Assembly (NCBI RefSeq): GCF_006345805.1
Contig: NC_042999.1
Location: 36,766,001-36,830,000 of the forward strand
Source of the DNA: Octopus sinensis
Taxonomy: Eukaryota
DNA: 64,000 nt
Direction: 5' to 3'
Part shown: positions 25,452 through 38,269 of the stretch, piece after piece
How positions within the stretch are numbered: position 1 is the first letter of the stretch
Layout: each line of letters begins with the position of its first letter
Position numbers and translations under genes: made by a program
The notes under the pieces: model-generated
Databases searched by the model: none
The model's input: only the letters and a program-made list of their open reading frames with translations
What the model was told of the DNA's origin: nothing

Positions 25452-26613
25452 TTATTGCTTATTTAGCTTGGGTCCGAATTTATTAATAAAATTATTTTCT
25501 CTGATTCTCCTCTCGATTTCACTTGGGCTGTGTAATTTGTAGAACGGAAATATTATATACATTTTCCGGCCACATGTTGCTAGGTGGTTACTCAAAGATA
25601 TCTGACAGACCTCTGGGTCTCTAATCTGTTGCCGGTGTACACGTGAGCGTTCGAATAGTGCGTTTCCCATCTGACCTACATATATTTCTTCACAATTTGG
25701 GCATTTGATGCAGTAAATTAAATTTCTGCTTTTGCAGTTCATATTCGCGTTTGTGAATATTTTCCCGGTTTTTGTGTTTATATATTGACCGGTATGTATG
25801 AATTGGCATGTGCCACATCGGCTATCATTGCATTTAGATACCATGAATGTTTGGTCTTTGTTGCTGAGGTCAAATTTTGCCTTTGTTAGTAATGTTTTCA
25901 AGTTTTTAGGCTGTCTTTTACTAAGCACCATAGCTCGATCCGTGATTATGTCTTTTAATTCATTACTTTGGGCAATGATTGGTAGGTTTGCTTTGGCAAT
26001 GTTGAAGATATTCTGGTGACATGGGTTGTGTGTCACTATGAATGGTATGACTTGTTCTTGATTTCCTCTTCCTTGGGTTGTCCTAAGTTGTTGTATGGGT
26101 ATTTTTATAGCCCGCTGTATGCCATTTTCTATAAGTAGAGATGGGTATTTTTGTTTGAGCAAAAATTCTCTTAGTTCTATTAGGCGTTAGTTCCTGATAT
26201 TTGCATCTTCTACAATGGTACAAATTCTTCTGGCTAGGCAGTATGGGATGTTACGTTTTGTATGTGGTGGATGGCACGACATAAAATTTAGGTATTGATG
26301 TGTGTCTGTGTGTTTATAGTATATATCTGTGGTGATGGTGGTGTCTTTTTTAATTACCATTATATCCAGGAATGGTAATTTGGTACTACTCATCTCCTTT
26401 GTAAATTGGAGAGATGGGTGTAGGTTGTTCAGGGGGATATTAAACTCTTCCAGAGTATTTAGAGATTCTGTCCAGATTATGAAGCAGTCGTCTAGGTATC
26501 TCTTCCATGCCTTTTCAATATACTTTCTAAATCCAGTGCCATAGTTTACCTCCACCTCTTGGTAGAGTTGTTGTTCTAAGTATCCCATTACAGAGTTGGC
26601 GTAAACGGGAGCA
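25452..26613 (-). CDS. PLE RT C-terminal part plus GIY-YIG endonuclease, left arm (one internal TAA at 26187-26189)
   Basis: ORFs 26187-26669 and 25452-26162 are in one frame either side of the stop (NIRN*RLIELREFLLKQKYP); PLE homology starts near 26613. Confidence 0.85.
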
Positions 26614-27525
26614 ATATAATGGTAATTAAAAAAGACACCACCATCACCACAGATATATACTATAAACACACAGACACAATCAATACCTAAATTTTAAGTC
26701 GTGCCATCCACCACATACAAAACGTAACATCCCATACTGCCTAGCCAGAAGAATTTGTACCATTGTAGAAGATGCAAATATCAGGAACTAACGCCTAATA
26801 GAACTAAGAGAATTTTTGCTCAAACAAAAATACCCATCTCTACTTATAGAAAATGGCATACAGCGGGCTATAAAAATACCCATACAACAACTTAGGACAA
26901 CCCAAGGAAGAGGAAATCAAGAACAAGTCATACCATTCATAGTGACACACAACCATGTCACCAGAATATCTTCAACATTGCCAAAGCAAACCTACCAATC
27001 ATTGCCCAAAGTAATGAATTAAAAGACATAATCACGGATCGAGCTATGGTGCTTAGTAAAAGACAGCCTAAAAACTTGAAAACATTACTAACAAAGGCAA
27101 AATTTGACCTCAGCAACAAAGACCAAACATTCATGGTATCTAAATGCAATGATAGCCGATGTGGCACATGCCAATTCATACATACTGGTCAATATATAAA
27201 CACAAAAACCGGGAAAATATTCACAAACGCGAATATGAACTGCAAAAGCAGAAATTTAATTTACTGCATCAAATGCCCAAATTGTGAAGAAATATATGTA
27301 GGTCAGACGGGAAACGCACTATTAGAACGCTCACGTGTACACCGGCAACAGATTAGAGACCCAGAGGTCCGTCAGATACCTTTGAGTAACCACCTAGCAA
27401 CATGTGGCCGGAAAATGTATATAATATTTCCGTTCTACAAATTACACAGCCCAAGTGAAATCGAGAGGAGAATCAGAGAAAATAATTTTATTGATAAATT
27501 CGAACCCAAGCTAAATAAGCAATAA
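26614..27525 (+). CDS. PLE thumb plus GIY-YIG endonuclease, right arm (shared TAA, two 1-bp deletions)
   Basis: ORFs 26816-27022 and 27046-27525 mirror the left arm. Confidence 0.82.
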
Positions 27526-28019
27526 TAATAATACTTAGAGGTATTACTTCCACTGCTACGACCATGACCACTAACAACAACAACAATACTAAAGGTGATC
27601 AAGATGACGATAGCAGGAAAATTATCTTATTTAGGGTTAAAAGTTCTATTGCCACCACCATCACCACTAGCAACAATAATTAAGGTGCTGACAATGATGA
27701 TGATGACAATTGAAATATAAAAATATAAAAATCTCTGACAAAGGATATTTACAACATTTCTAAAAATAACCCAACAATTGCTGCTTCGGCCAGGGTCAAG
27801 ATACAGGACTCTTGACATGTCCAACAAAGCTTGATGCCTAAACCAATCAGCTCAACCAACCAATCAGCTTAAGTAATTGAGTGATACTACACATTGATTG
27901 GTCAGAATACAGTTTGCAAAACCTAGCACTCTGGAGCCTACCCAGCTGTATTTATAGCACAGAATCAACCATCTTGCTACAGTCAAAAATTGTGAGGCAT
28001 GACTGTCAACACTACTACA

Positions 28020-28064
28020 TGAACCCGAAGATTGCAGAATTCAATGCATGAAAGTACTAGTTCA
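28020..28064 (+). ncRNA. Minimal type I hammerhead-like motif in the PLE 3' region (variant core)
   Basis: Stem I UGAAC/GUUCA; core CCGAAGA (U4 to C); stem II UGCA/UGCA; GAAA; palindromic stem III AGUACU; predicted site CUA. Confidence 0.65.
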
Positions 28065-28202
28065 ATCAGAATGAACATTTAACATTCTACTATTTCATTT
28101 TATTTTATTCAATTATAATATATTATCTTATAATATATCATTATAAGATTGTAAATAAAACGTGAAAATCAGACAAGGTTGGAATTCTTTTTATTAATAT
28201 AG

Positions 28203-28279
<77 letters not shown>

Positions 28280-29792
28280 GCACAAAACTTACTGCTATTC
28301 TATGAATGCCCATTGTACTTAGGTGAAAATCACTTTATACTGTTTCAAGATAAAACTGCACTAAATTGAAAATCTGAACATTTGAGCTGTTGTAAACATT
28401 GTTTTAAATTTCTTGACAATTTATATTATCTGATGTAAACTATCCTGTTTTTTATTCAATTTCAACTTGCTTTCAATGTTTGTTTGTTTTTTTTCTATTA
28501 CGTCAATCATTTTACATCCAATAGATTACCATTATTTTGAATAGAAATAACACCCTGTCCAATTAGCTTTAATTGATTAGTCAATGTGTTACTAAATATT
28601 AATTACTACACCATTTATGAATATTTATAATTTCTTACTCACCATAGTATTGCTCTAAATACACACCACTGTCTGATGATTGGTTTCACGAAACTCTGAG
28701 TAACAGTTTGTGAATTTCCTCACTTCAGTCAGTTAGTATTTTACTCTACTTCTGGTATTTAAGTACTATTTTCTCCACCATGTTTTGGTACCTACTTACT
28801 CACATATATATGCATATATGTGTGTGTATGTATGTATGTATGTATGTATGTATGTATGTATGTATAAAGGATATGAGTTTTCATCAGGATGACTCTAATA
28901 TGCATATATATAAGTAAGCATGTATGCTTTTTGTTTGATTTTTATTTAAGTTCTTGAGAGATTTCAGGCCAATTGCTAACAATGTATGTATGTATGTATA
29001 TATGTATGTGTGTGTGCATGCATACATTCGTGCGTGTATGTATATATGTGAGTATGTATGTATGTATGTATGTATGTATGTGTACATGTATGTATGTGTA
29101 CATGTATGTATGTGGATATGTGCATGCAGGCATGCATACGTGTGTGTATATGTGTATGTATGTATATGTATGTAAGGAGAAAATTTTTTATTTAAGTTCT
29201 TGGGAAATTTCAAGCTGTTCCCTAACAGTGTATGTGTGTGTGTGTGTGTGAGTGTGTGTGTGTGTGCGTGTGTGTGTGTGTGTGCGTGTGTGTGTGTGTG
29301 GGTGCATGCATTCATGTATGTATGTATGTATGTATGTATGTATGTATGTGTGTGCATGCATAGGTGCATATGTGTGTATGTATGTATGTATAAATGTATG
29401 TATGCATGCATGTATTTATGTATGTATGCATGTATATGTAAGGAGCAAATAGTTGTATAATGAGATGCAGGTGTAGATATGAATTCCACCATGCATATAC
29501 ATGGGTTTGGGTTCACTTCACTGCACAGCACTGATCAAGTGTTTTCCACTATTGCTGCAGGCCAACCAAAGCCTTGTGAATGGATTTGGTATATGAAAAC
29601 TGAAGAGGCCCACAGTATACATACAGGTATATGTATATGTGCATATGCACATACATGAGTGTGCATGCAAGTGAACACATGTATGTGTGCACATGTATGT
29701 CTGCATGTGCATGAGTACACGTGCATGTGTGCATGTGCATGTGTGCTTCTGTGTGTGTTCCTGTGTGCATGTGTGCATGTGTGCATGTGTGC

Positions 29793-29832
<40 letters not shown>

Positions 29833-30111
29833 TCATCATGGCATCAATGTGATCATAAATAAACATCGCCATCATACAATCTGTGTTATTCAATTAGTCT
29901 TATATAAAACATGTACAACCATTGTGCTGTTCGTGTTTGAAGTACTAGGAGACAACACTCACCTGTTACTTAGCAACAGGTGAGTGTTGTGAAGAACAAC
30001 ACCAAGCCAAAGAAATGTCTGCCTCAGTTAATTTAATGACATATGCAAGCATGGAAAAGAGTATGCTGGAATGATAATGATATACAAAAGAAAGGTAGAT
30101 AGATAGACAGA

Positions 30112-30243
<132 letters not shown>

Positions 30244-30596
30244 CAGACGGATGGACAGACAGACTGATAGATGGATGGATGGATGGATGGATGGACGGAC
30301 AGATGGACAGACTGATGGATGGACAGTAGGACAGACAGACAGACATACAGATAGATAGATATATTTTTACAAGAGGGTAGACAGTGATTTTGAAGTTTTC
30401 GCCTACTAGAATTCATCTGATGGTCCAACAAAGGCTAGCAAGCAAAAACTTTGAAGTCAGTTTGACATCTCTTCTTATAAATATTTAATTAACATTTACT
30501 CTAAAAAAAAACAAAAAAACACTGAGTAATTCTTTAGTTTTAATGTTGAATGGTTTCCACTGTAATTTGACTTAAAAACAAACATTTATATATAGG

Positions 30597-30764
30597 TGCA
30601 GGAGTGGCTGTGTGGTAAGTAGCTTGCTAACCAACCACATGGTTCCGGGTTCAGTCCCACTGCGTGGCATCTTAGGCAAGTGTCTTCTGCTATAGCCTCG
30701 GGCCGACCAATGCCTTGTGAGTGGATTTGGTAGACGGAAACTGAAAGAAGCCTGTCGTATATAT

Positions 30765-30804
<40 letters not shown>

Positions 30805-31012
30805 TTGTGAGTCTGTGTTTGTCCCCCTAGCATTGCTTGACAACCGATGCTGGTGTGTTTACGTCCCCGTCACTTAGCGGTTCGGCAAAAGAGACCAATA
30901 GAATAAGTACTGGGCTTACAAAGAATAAGTCCCAGGGTCGATTTGCTCGACTAAAGGCGGTGCTCCAGCATGGCCGCAGTCAAATGACTGAAACAAGCAA
31001 AAGAGTAAAGAG
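30597..31012 (+). mobile_element. SINE family A, full length
   Basis: Colinear with other copies. Confidence 0.9.
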
Positions 31013-31442
31013 TATATATACATATATATATATATATTCTCAGTTTACTCTTTCAGCCCTATTTTATTTTTGTTTTTATTTTTCTTTAATTTTACCGCAT
31101 CTTTTACTTTTTTTTCTTCTTTACCCTTACACATCATTAACTTGCTAATTATTTATTGATAATTGTTACATCACCGTAATTTGAGACGGACATTTAGAAT
31201 ATGTGGGGTTTTTGCGTGTGTGCATGGATGAATCTTCGAACGTATAGGTGTGGAGATCTATACCTTTCGAGAGTAACACGTACCCTTGCGTGGAAGTATG
31301 TACCTACGGAAATGTACACACACTCGCACGCATGTGTGTATATGTGCATATGGGTATACGTGTGCATGTGAGTATGTCTGTGTGTGTGCGTGTAACTGTG
31401 TGTATATATATATATGTATGTATGACTGTATAAATATATATA

Positions 31443-31537
<95 letters not shown>

Positions 31538-31971
31538 TGAGATAGGGGTTGCAAATTCAACCCTCTATGGGATAACATATATCCACTCCATTTTCTTATT
31601 TTGTATTATTAATTTATGGTATATATATATATAAATATATATATATTTTTTTTTGTACCTTTTTGTACGAGTGCATAGGGATACATATGCATGGGTGTAT
31701 ATGCATGTGAATGGATGTACAGGTTTCTGTGCACGTGGGTGTATATGTGCATATGTGTATGTTTATGCATTTGGGTGTGTTTGTTTTTATGTACTTATAT
31801 GCACATATGCACATGTGCATACGTATGTATGTATGCATATGTATGCAGGTGTGTGTATGCATGAACGTGGGTGAACATGTACGGACGCATACATGTGGGT
31901 GTATGCATGTGAATGTATATGTATGTGTATATGTATGCCTGTATATGTATGTGTATATATATATGTGTATA

Positions 31972-32020
<49 letters not shown>

Positions 32021-32028
32021 ATATATAT

Positions 32029-32060
<32 letters not shown>

Positions 32061-32432
32061 ATGTGTGTGTGTGTATATATTTGTGTGTATGTGTGTGTAG
32101 ATATATATATATATGTGTGTGTGTATATATATATATATGTTTAGGTGTGTGTGTGTGCGTAAATATATATATATATATGTATATACTTACTTATGTGTAT
32201 GTGTGTGTGTGTGTGTGTGTATGCACATGTGCGGGCATGCGTAGGTATTTGTATGTAGGTGTATGTACGTTTTTTCTTTGTGTGTATGTGTGTATATATA
32301 TATATATGTCTATGTGCATGTGTATATATATGTGTATATGTGTATATATATAAATATATATATATATATAGATATAGATATATATATGTGTGGATTTGTG
32401 TGTGTATGTGTATGTATATATATATATGTGTA

Positions 32433-32491
<59 letters not shown>

Positions 32492-33306
32492 GTGTGTGTA
32501 TATATATATATATATGTATATGTTGATTGATAATAACACTGACTCCCAGACTAGCCCCAGCCGCTTTTATATGTGAAAGTAGACAAGTATATAGACACAC
32601 ATGTACATACAGACTTATTACACTTAGAGCATGTAGCTTAGAATGACCATTCGCCCACTACTATATCGCTCCCCCCCCCGCCAGATAATTAAAAATAATT
32701 TACGACACCCACCATGCATCAAAACTTTAACCCATCATCTCTAACTGCCATGTATTCTTCTGTATCTCTTTATTTTTATCTTACTTTATCTTTATGTTCA
32801 CCTTTTTATTAATTTACTTTTTTATCCTTTTTATTCTTTTATTTTTCGTCTTTATTCTTCGCTTTCTATTTTTTATTTTATCTTTATTTTATTTTTTATC
32901 TTTTACCCTTTATTTTTTGTACCTTTTACACTTTCACAATATATTTCTAGAATTTATGACCCTATACCTGCCAGGCCTTATTTTTTTACATCTTTACTTT
33001 TTTTATTATATTTTATATTTATTATTATCCTTTATAATTATGTTTAAATTTATACATATATTTTCTCTTTTTTGTGATCCCAACTTCATTAAAGCTTCAA
33101 CACCTTCCCCTCCTTCCCCCTTTCTTTCAACATCCAATTCCTTCATTCTTTATCGAGTGATAAAACAGTATGGCCGATTTATTTTGGAGTCTTGCAATGC
33201 CATTTACGCCTATGAGGATTTACTTTCCCAACGAAACTCGGTTTTTTCCCAAACTTTTTCTCAAACCTGCTATAATGTGATACATGTCTTTGGTGTGGTA
33301 ATTGTA

Positions 33307-33395
33307 TGCGGCTGAAGAAGGCTTTTGATCTACCTGTTGTATCAATTATGCATTGATATAAGTTGTTCAATAAAGCCCGAAACATATGTACCGCA
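33307..33395 (+). ncRNA. Type I hammerhead ribozyme motif at a probable PLE 3' end
   Basis: Stem I UGCGG/CCGCA; CUGAAGA; stem II GGCUUU/AAAGCC closed by A-C with long loop; GAAA; palindromic stem III ACAUAUGU; GUA site; (TA)n follows. Confidence 0.82.
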
Positions 33396-33423
33396 AAATC
33401 CTTTGCATCCTGTTTTTCTTTTG

Positions 33424-33515
<92 letters not shown>

Positions 33516-33739
33516 ATATTTGTATTTATATTTTGTTGTGTCTAGGGAGTGTCATTACGCCAATATTATTAACACATACACACTGGTTCAATTCCACTCC
33601 TTTATAAAATACAAATCCCATACAATAGTCATGATTCTTCCATGATATAAGTTTTTACAAAAGAAAGACAAAGAAAAGAAAGAAAAGGAGAAAAAGAAAA
33701 GAAAAAGGGGAGAGAAAAAGAAGCACCAATACTGCACCA

Positions 33740-34520
33740 AATGCTTTAATTGGTCACACACCACAAGGTTCAACAGAACCTACTAAAGCAAACCAGCATG
33801 CTTGCAGTATTACCACAAGTGATGGCGATGGTAAGATTAAGGTATTGGAAAAGCCAAGTGCCCTCACGAGCATCACCTGACTCCTCGATGAGGTCAGCTG
33901 CCAACAATGGCAAGTCCTTCACTTTTAGCAGTTCATCTCCCTCCAAGCATCTCAAGACTGGAATTAAAGTTACATACCACACAGTTCCCATTAGTGCATG
34001 TGGTATTTTAGAAGGGGTATGCCCTACATAATTGTGATCTGATAGAGCTCCCCGGTTTCTCAAACAATCTTAACCCTTTCATTACTGTATTTATTTTGAG
34101 ATGCTCTGTATATCTTTCACTTTGAATATAACAAAAAATTTAGTAAAATAAATTAGTCATTATTAAGCTAGTGTTAGGAACATAAATTGTGACTAAGGTT
34201 TGGTGGAAGATTTTAATTCAAAACTTATTTAAACAAGACATTTGTACTCAGAGCCAGAGCCGGTTTCAGCCAGGATGGTAACAAAAGGGTTAATCAGTAT
34301 TCTTCAGAGCCTTCCTAAATCTATGGGCTAATTCCCCATGTGGTGTGGCCTCTACAAACATCACTCTTTGATATTATCATCCTTGTACCAAGAAATGGTT
34401 CACTGACAAGTCCCAATGCCACAGGGTTTTGTTCCATTTGGCTATGGAAAAGGTGACCCTCCCATTTAGCACACAGTTGATTGAATATTCAACTAAGCAG
34501 TTGTTTGCTTAACTTCCTTA
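33740..34520 (-). mobile_element. Decayed RLE-type (CRE-like) LINE C-terminus, interrupted by the piggyBac MITE
   Basis: EESGDAREGTWLFQYLNLTIAITCGNTASML resembles the GDxRE..LxQR..AxQxGNA C-terminus; a partial duplicate lies at 36505-36700. Confidence 0.5.
34074..34289. mobile_element. piggyBac-type MITE, second copy
   Basis: TTAA at 34070-34073 and 34290-34293; colinear with 7187-7407. Confidence 0.85.
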
Positions 34521-35611
34521 AACAGTAAGTCATTTGTATCATTTTTGTTTGTTTTTTCTGTGGAAGCTCTTTCGTTTGCTATTTGCAACTTTTACTTCTG
34601 TGTGTTTGTGTGTGCGTACTTCTAATTCTGTGTGAGTGCATGCGTGCTTCTGTGCATGCATCTGTGTGTGTGTGTCTACCTCTGCTTCCATGTGCATATA
34701 TGCGTGTATCTGTGCATGTGTGCATATGTGCATGTGTGCATCTATGCATGTGTGCATCTATGCATGTATGCATATATGCATGTATGCATCTGTGCATGTG
34801 TGCATCTATGTGTGTGTACATATATGCATGTGTGCATCTATGTGTGTGTGCATCTATGCATCTGTGCATCTGTGCATCAGTGAGTGTGCATCTGCACATG
34901 TGTGCATCTGCACATGTGTGCATCTATGTATATGTGCATCTGTGCATGTGTGCATCTGTGTGTATGTATATGCACATGTGCCTGTTGTGTGTGCATGTGT
35001 GCCTCTATATGTCTGTGTAAGTATGTGTGGTATGTGTATGCCTTGTGTGTATATATATATATATATGTTCCTGTGCATCTATGTATGTATGTGTATATAC
35101 ATGGTGTGTGCATGTGCGTGTGTATGCATGGTATACATGTGCATATATGTGTGTGCCAGTGTGCTTTAATTATGCTTGAGTGTATGTGCATGTGTGTGTA
35201 TGGTCGTATGTTTCTATTTCCTTGTGCGTGAGTGTATATGTGTGTGTGTGCTTTTGTAAGTGTGTATGTGCATGTCTGTCCATAGTATCTACAACTACCT
35301 ACCTACACACATGCCTACATACCTATTTACTTACTTATCTCCCCATTTATCTACCTACATAATTAACTAAATAACTCACAATCCATGTAACTAACCTAAC
35401 TACCAAAAAAAAATACCTATTAATCTACCTATTTACCTTCTTGACTGATGACTTATGAATGTACTTATGTATGTGCACTGTGCAGGTGGCATCTGTGGCA
35501 CTGAGGTATCCCTACCTCCTATGTGGGTAATGTTTCATTCATGCGAATGTGCTCTTGTCTTTGGGTGTTTGGAAAAAATGAAGATGTCAATTCAGCCAAG
35601 TGTGCCACCAT

Positions 35612-35735
35612 GTTGGTCGGTGGTGAGCTGGCAGAAACGTTAGCACGCCGGGCGAAATGCCTAGCGGTATTTCGTCTGCCGCTACGTTCTGAGTTCAAAT
35701 TCTGCCGACACCGACTTACTACCCCTTGTGGGTAG
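35612..35735 (+). mobile_element. SINE family E 5' part
   Basis: GGTGAGCTGGCAGAAACGTTAGCACGCCGGGCG..GAGTTCAAATTC; degenerate relatives near 10925-11300, 11780-11860, 21130-21290(-), 38130-38260, 44190-44370. Confidence 0.7.
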
Positions 35736-36122
35736 TAAAGAAATAGGTCTTTGGCATGTTGATAGAGTATGGATGCCATACAAACTCCTTCATGCACCTT
35801 TTTGCTGTAGACTACATTCCTAGTCTTACAGTTAATACTGGGGTTAAAGTTACATACACACATTGCTCATTAGTGTGTAGGATTTTTTTTTATCTATCTC
35901 TGTGGGATATCTGTACTTGTAGGGTGCTTCACACATTTCCCTACAATGTTGTAGAAAGGAATAAAATGGCAGGAACACGAATAGCTGAACAAATAACAAT
36001 AATAATTTATTATTTCACAGAAGAATATACTTCATCACTGCTCATCGGTAGCATGAACACCTGGGTTAGGAAGGCAGCAGAGTCGGATTAAATCACCATC
36101 GTTAAAACAGTCTTCACTGCCC

Positions 36123-36322
36123 GTGGAGTCTGGTTTGCCCTTCGAGTTTGGTTCGCCCTTTGAGTCTGGTTCACCCTTCGAGTTTGGTTCACCCTTCGAG
36201 TCTGGTTTGCCCTTCGAGTCTGGTTCGCCCTTCGAGTCTGGTTTACCCTTCGAGTCTGGTTTGCCTTTTGAGTCTGGTTTGCCCTTCAAGTCTGGTTTGC
36301 CCTTCAAGTCTGGTTCACCCCT
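36123..36322. repeat. 18-bp minisatellite, about 11 units (GAGTCTGGTTTGCCCTTC)
   Basis: Direct tandem units; open on the minus strand as (KGKPDS/KGEPDS)n. Confidence 0.9.
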
Positions 36323-36699
36323 TCGCTCAGAGCCTTGTCGGGACACATCTTAATTCATCGACCACCAAGAGCCAAGAGGCTTGGAATTGTGGGAAAGGCT
36401 AACTGCTCATGATTACTGCGCATGCACATCAGGGGCTTCCAGCGGCCCACCAGAAGACACCAAACATTGCACATGCGCAGATGGACATCCCAAAATGGCG
36501 TCTAAAACCTGGCATCACTACAAGTGCATGTGGTATTTTTGAAGAGGTATGCCCTACATAATTGTGATCTGATGGAGCTCAAACGATCTTAACATTCAGT
36601 TCAGTATCCTTCAGAGCCTTCCCAAATCTATCGGCTAATTCCCCATGTGATGTGGCCTCTACAAACATCACACTTTGATATTTATCAGCTTTGTACCAT

Positions 36700-37200
36700 G
36701 TATTCATCTGTTTGCTTTGTCACAAATTCTCTGCATACTATTCTAATCTTTACTTCAATATCTAGGGTGGGTAACACTTGCATCATTACATATGATGTCA
36801 TCTAATTTCTTTCTAGCTCCCCTGTATACTTGAATCCTATCTTTCTGGTCATATCCAGAGAATTGCATGTGGTACATGAAGTTCTGTGTATGTTTCTTTG
36901 TTTCACTGGGTTTGCATAGCGGGGACACATTATTCATTATCCTAACTAAGTCTGCTATTAGAATACTCATTTTCATATTGTGTGACAAGGTTGAATTCTT
37001 GTAAACAACGTATTTAGAAGCTATGAGTTTCATGTCATAGGAGTAATGGAGCTAAACTCTGTTGCTCACAGTCTCCAACCAAAGTTCAGTATGAAAGACT
37101 GGGAGTCTATTGTTAACTTGATACTTTGGTGGATAGAGTTAGCTATGTGCTGGAATTGAGTATTCTACAGACAAGTGTAAGCTAAATGTAATCTTCAGAT
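36700..37200 (-). mobile_element. Decayed PLE thumb/C-terminal RT fragment
   Basis: LSHNMKMSILIADLVRIMNNVS..NFMYHMQFSGYDQKDRIQVY resembles the PLE thumb region. Confidence 0.55.
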
Positions 37201-38269
37201 ATAATGAGCATGACACAACATGTAACAAAGCAAATTTCAGGCATAATCCAACTGATAGGCTTCATCATTCTTTCCATTTGCCCAATTTCACTAAGACATA
37301 GGTGAATCTTATGTTATGGTAAATACTGCTTACTAAATATGCCCCATAGTGGGATGAAAAACCAAGACCCTGTGATTGAGATGTGAACTTTCTTATCATT
37401 TGACCATGCTTCATACACATACACACACACACACACAAACATACACACACATACATGTACACACATACACACACACACATATACATGTACACATACACAC
37501 ATACAGAAATACATATACACATACACATGTACACATACAAGTAAACACACATACACGTGTAAACACATACACACACATATATACAAGCACACATACATAC
37601 ATGCACTCATACACAAACATCATATATGTATGTTCATATTTAGTGAAGATACATGATGTAATGGTTAGGGTATTGAACTCACAATCTTGAGGTTGTGGTT
37701 TCTCTTCCCATCCTAGACAGCATGTCATGTCCTTGAGCAAGACACTTCATTCCACTCATATGAAAAATAAGCACTAGCCTAGTGCTGGTAGTAGCTCACA
37801 ATCCCTCCATCTGCCACATTACAGATTTTTCACAGAATCAAGAGATAGAGTTCAAGAGGGTGGCTACTTGTGACAACATAAACACCTACAACAATTAGCT
37901 AAAACAGGATACATGTAATCAATCCATACTCACTTGCAGGTAACAGCTGTAGTTTTCCTTTATGTTTATGCATATGTATGCACATATGTGTGTATGTGTT
38001 TGTTTTTTCATCACTCACAGATTCCAAGGATTGGTCATTATTTGAGCTGACATCTGCCAGTATAATCCAACATAAACACTTAAAGTTAAATATGTGGCAG
38101 AGTTGTTAGTGTTTCATTATTGAACAACATCTAGCATCAGTGGTAATAGTGTATTGAACAAAATGCCTTGTATTAAATCAGTTTGCTGTACATTCCAAGT
38201 TCAAATCCCATTGGATTCAACTTTGTCATTAATCCTTCAATAGATTAAATGAAATAAATCACCAGGCAC

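Larger units (their letters stand above)
24782..28201. mobile_element. Palindromic Penelope-like element (Neptune-like): two 5'-truncated copies head-to-head
   Basis: Inverted arms 24782-26365 and 26614-28201 around a 248-bp unique spacer; RT motifs APVYAN, RYLDDCFIIW, LPFLD, SCHPPH; linker KCNDSRCGTC; GIY-YIG NLIYCIKC..YVGQT; (TA)n flanks. Confidence 0.93.

Noticed and set aside
26187-26189. Selenocysteine read-through of the PLE stop
   Set aside because: The codon is UAA, not UGA, and the domain order is RT then GIY-YIG, unlike the selenoprotein-encoding Naiad PLEs
24782-28201. Palindrome as a read fold-back artefact
   Set aside because: Arms differ by several substitutions and a 6-bp indel, there is a unique spacer, and both arms end at the same element terminus; not fully excluded without reads
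36123-36322. CRISPR-like array
   Set aside because: Units are contiguous with no spacers, there are no cas genes, and the context is eukaryotic
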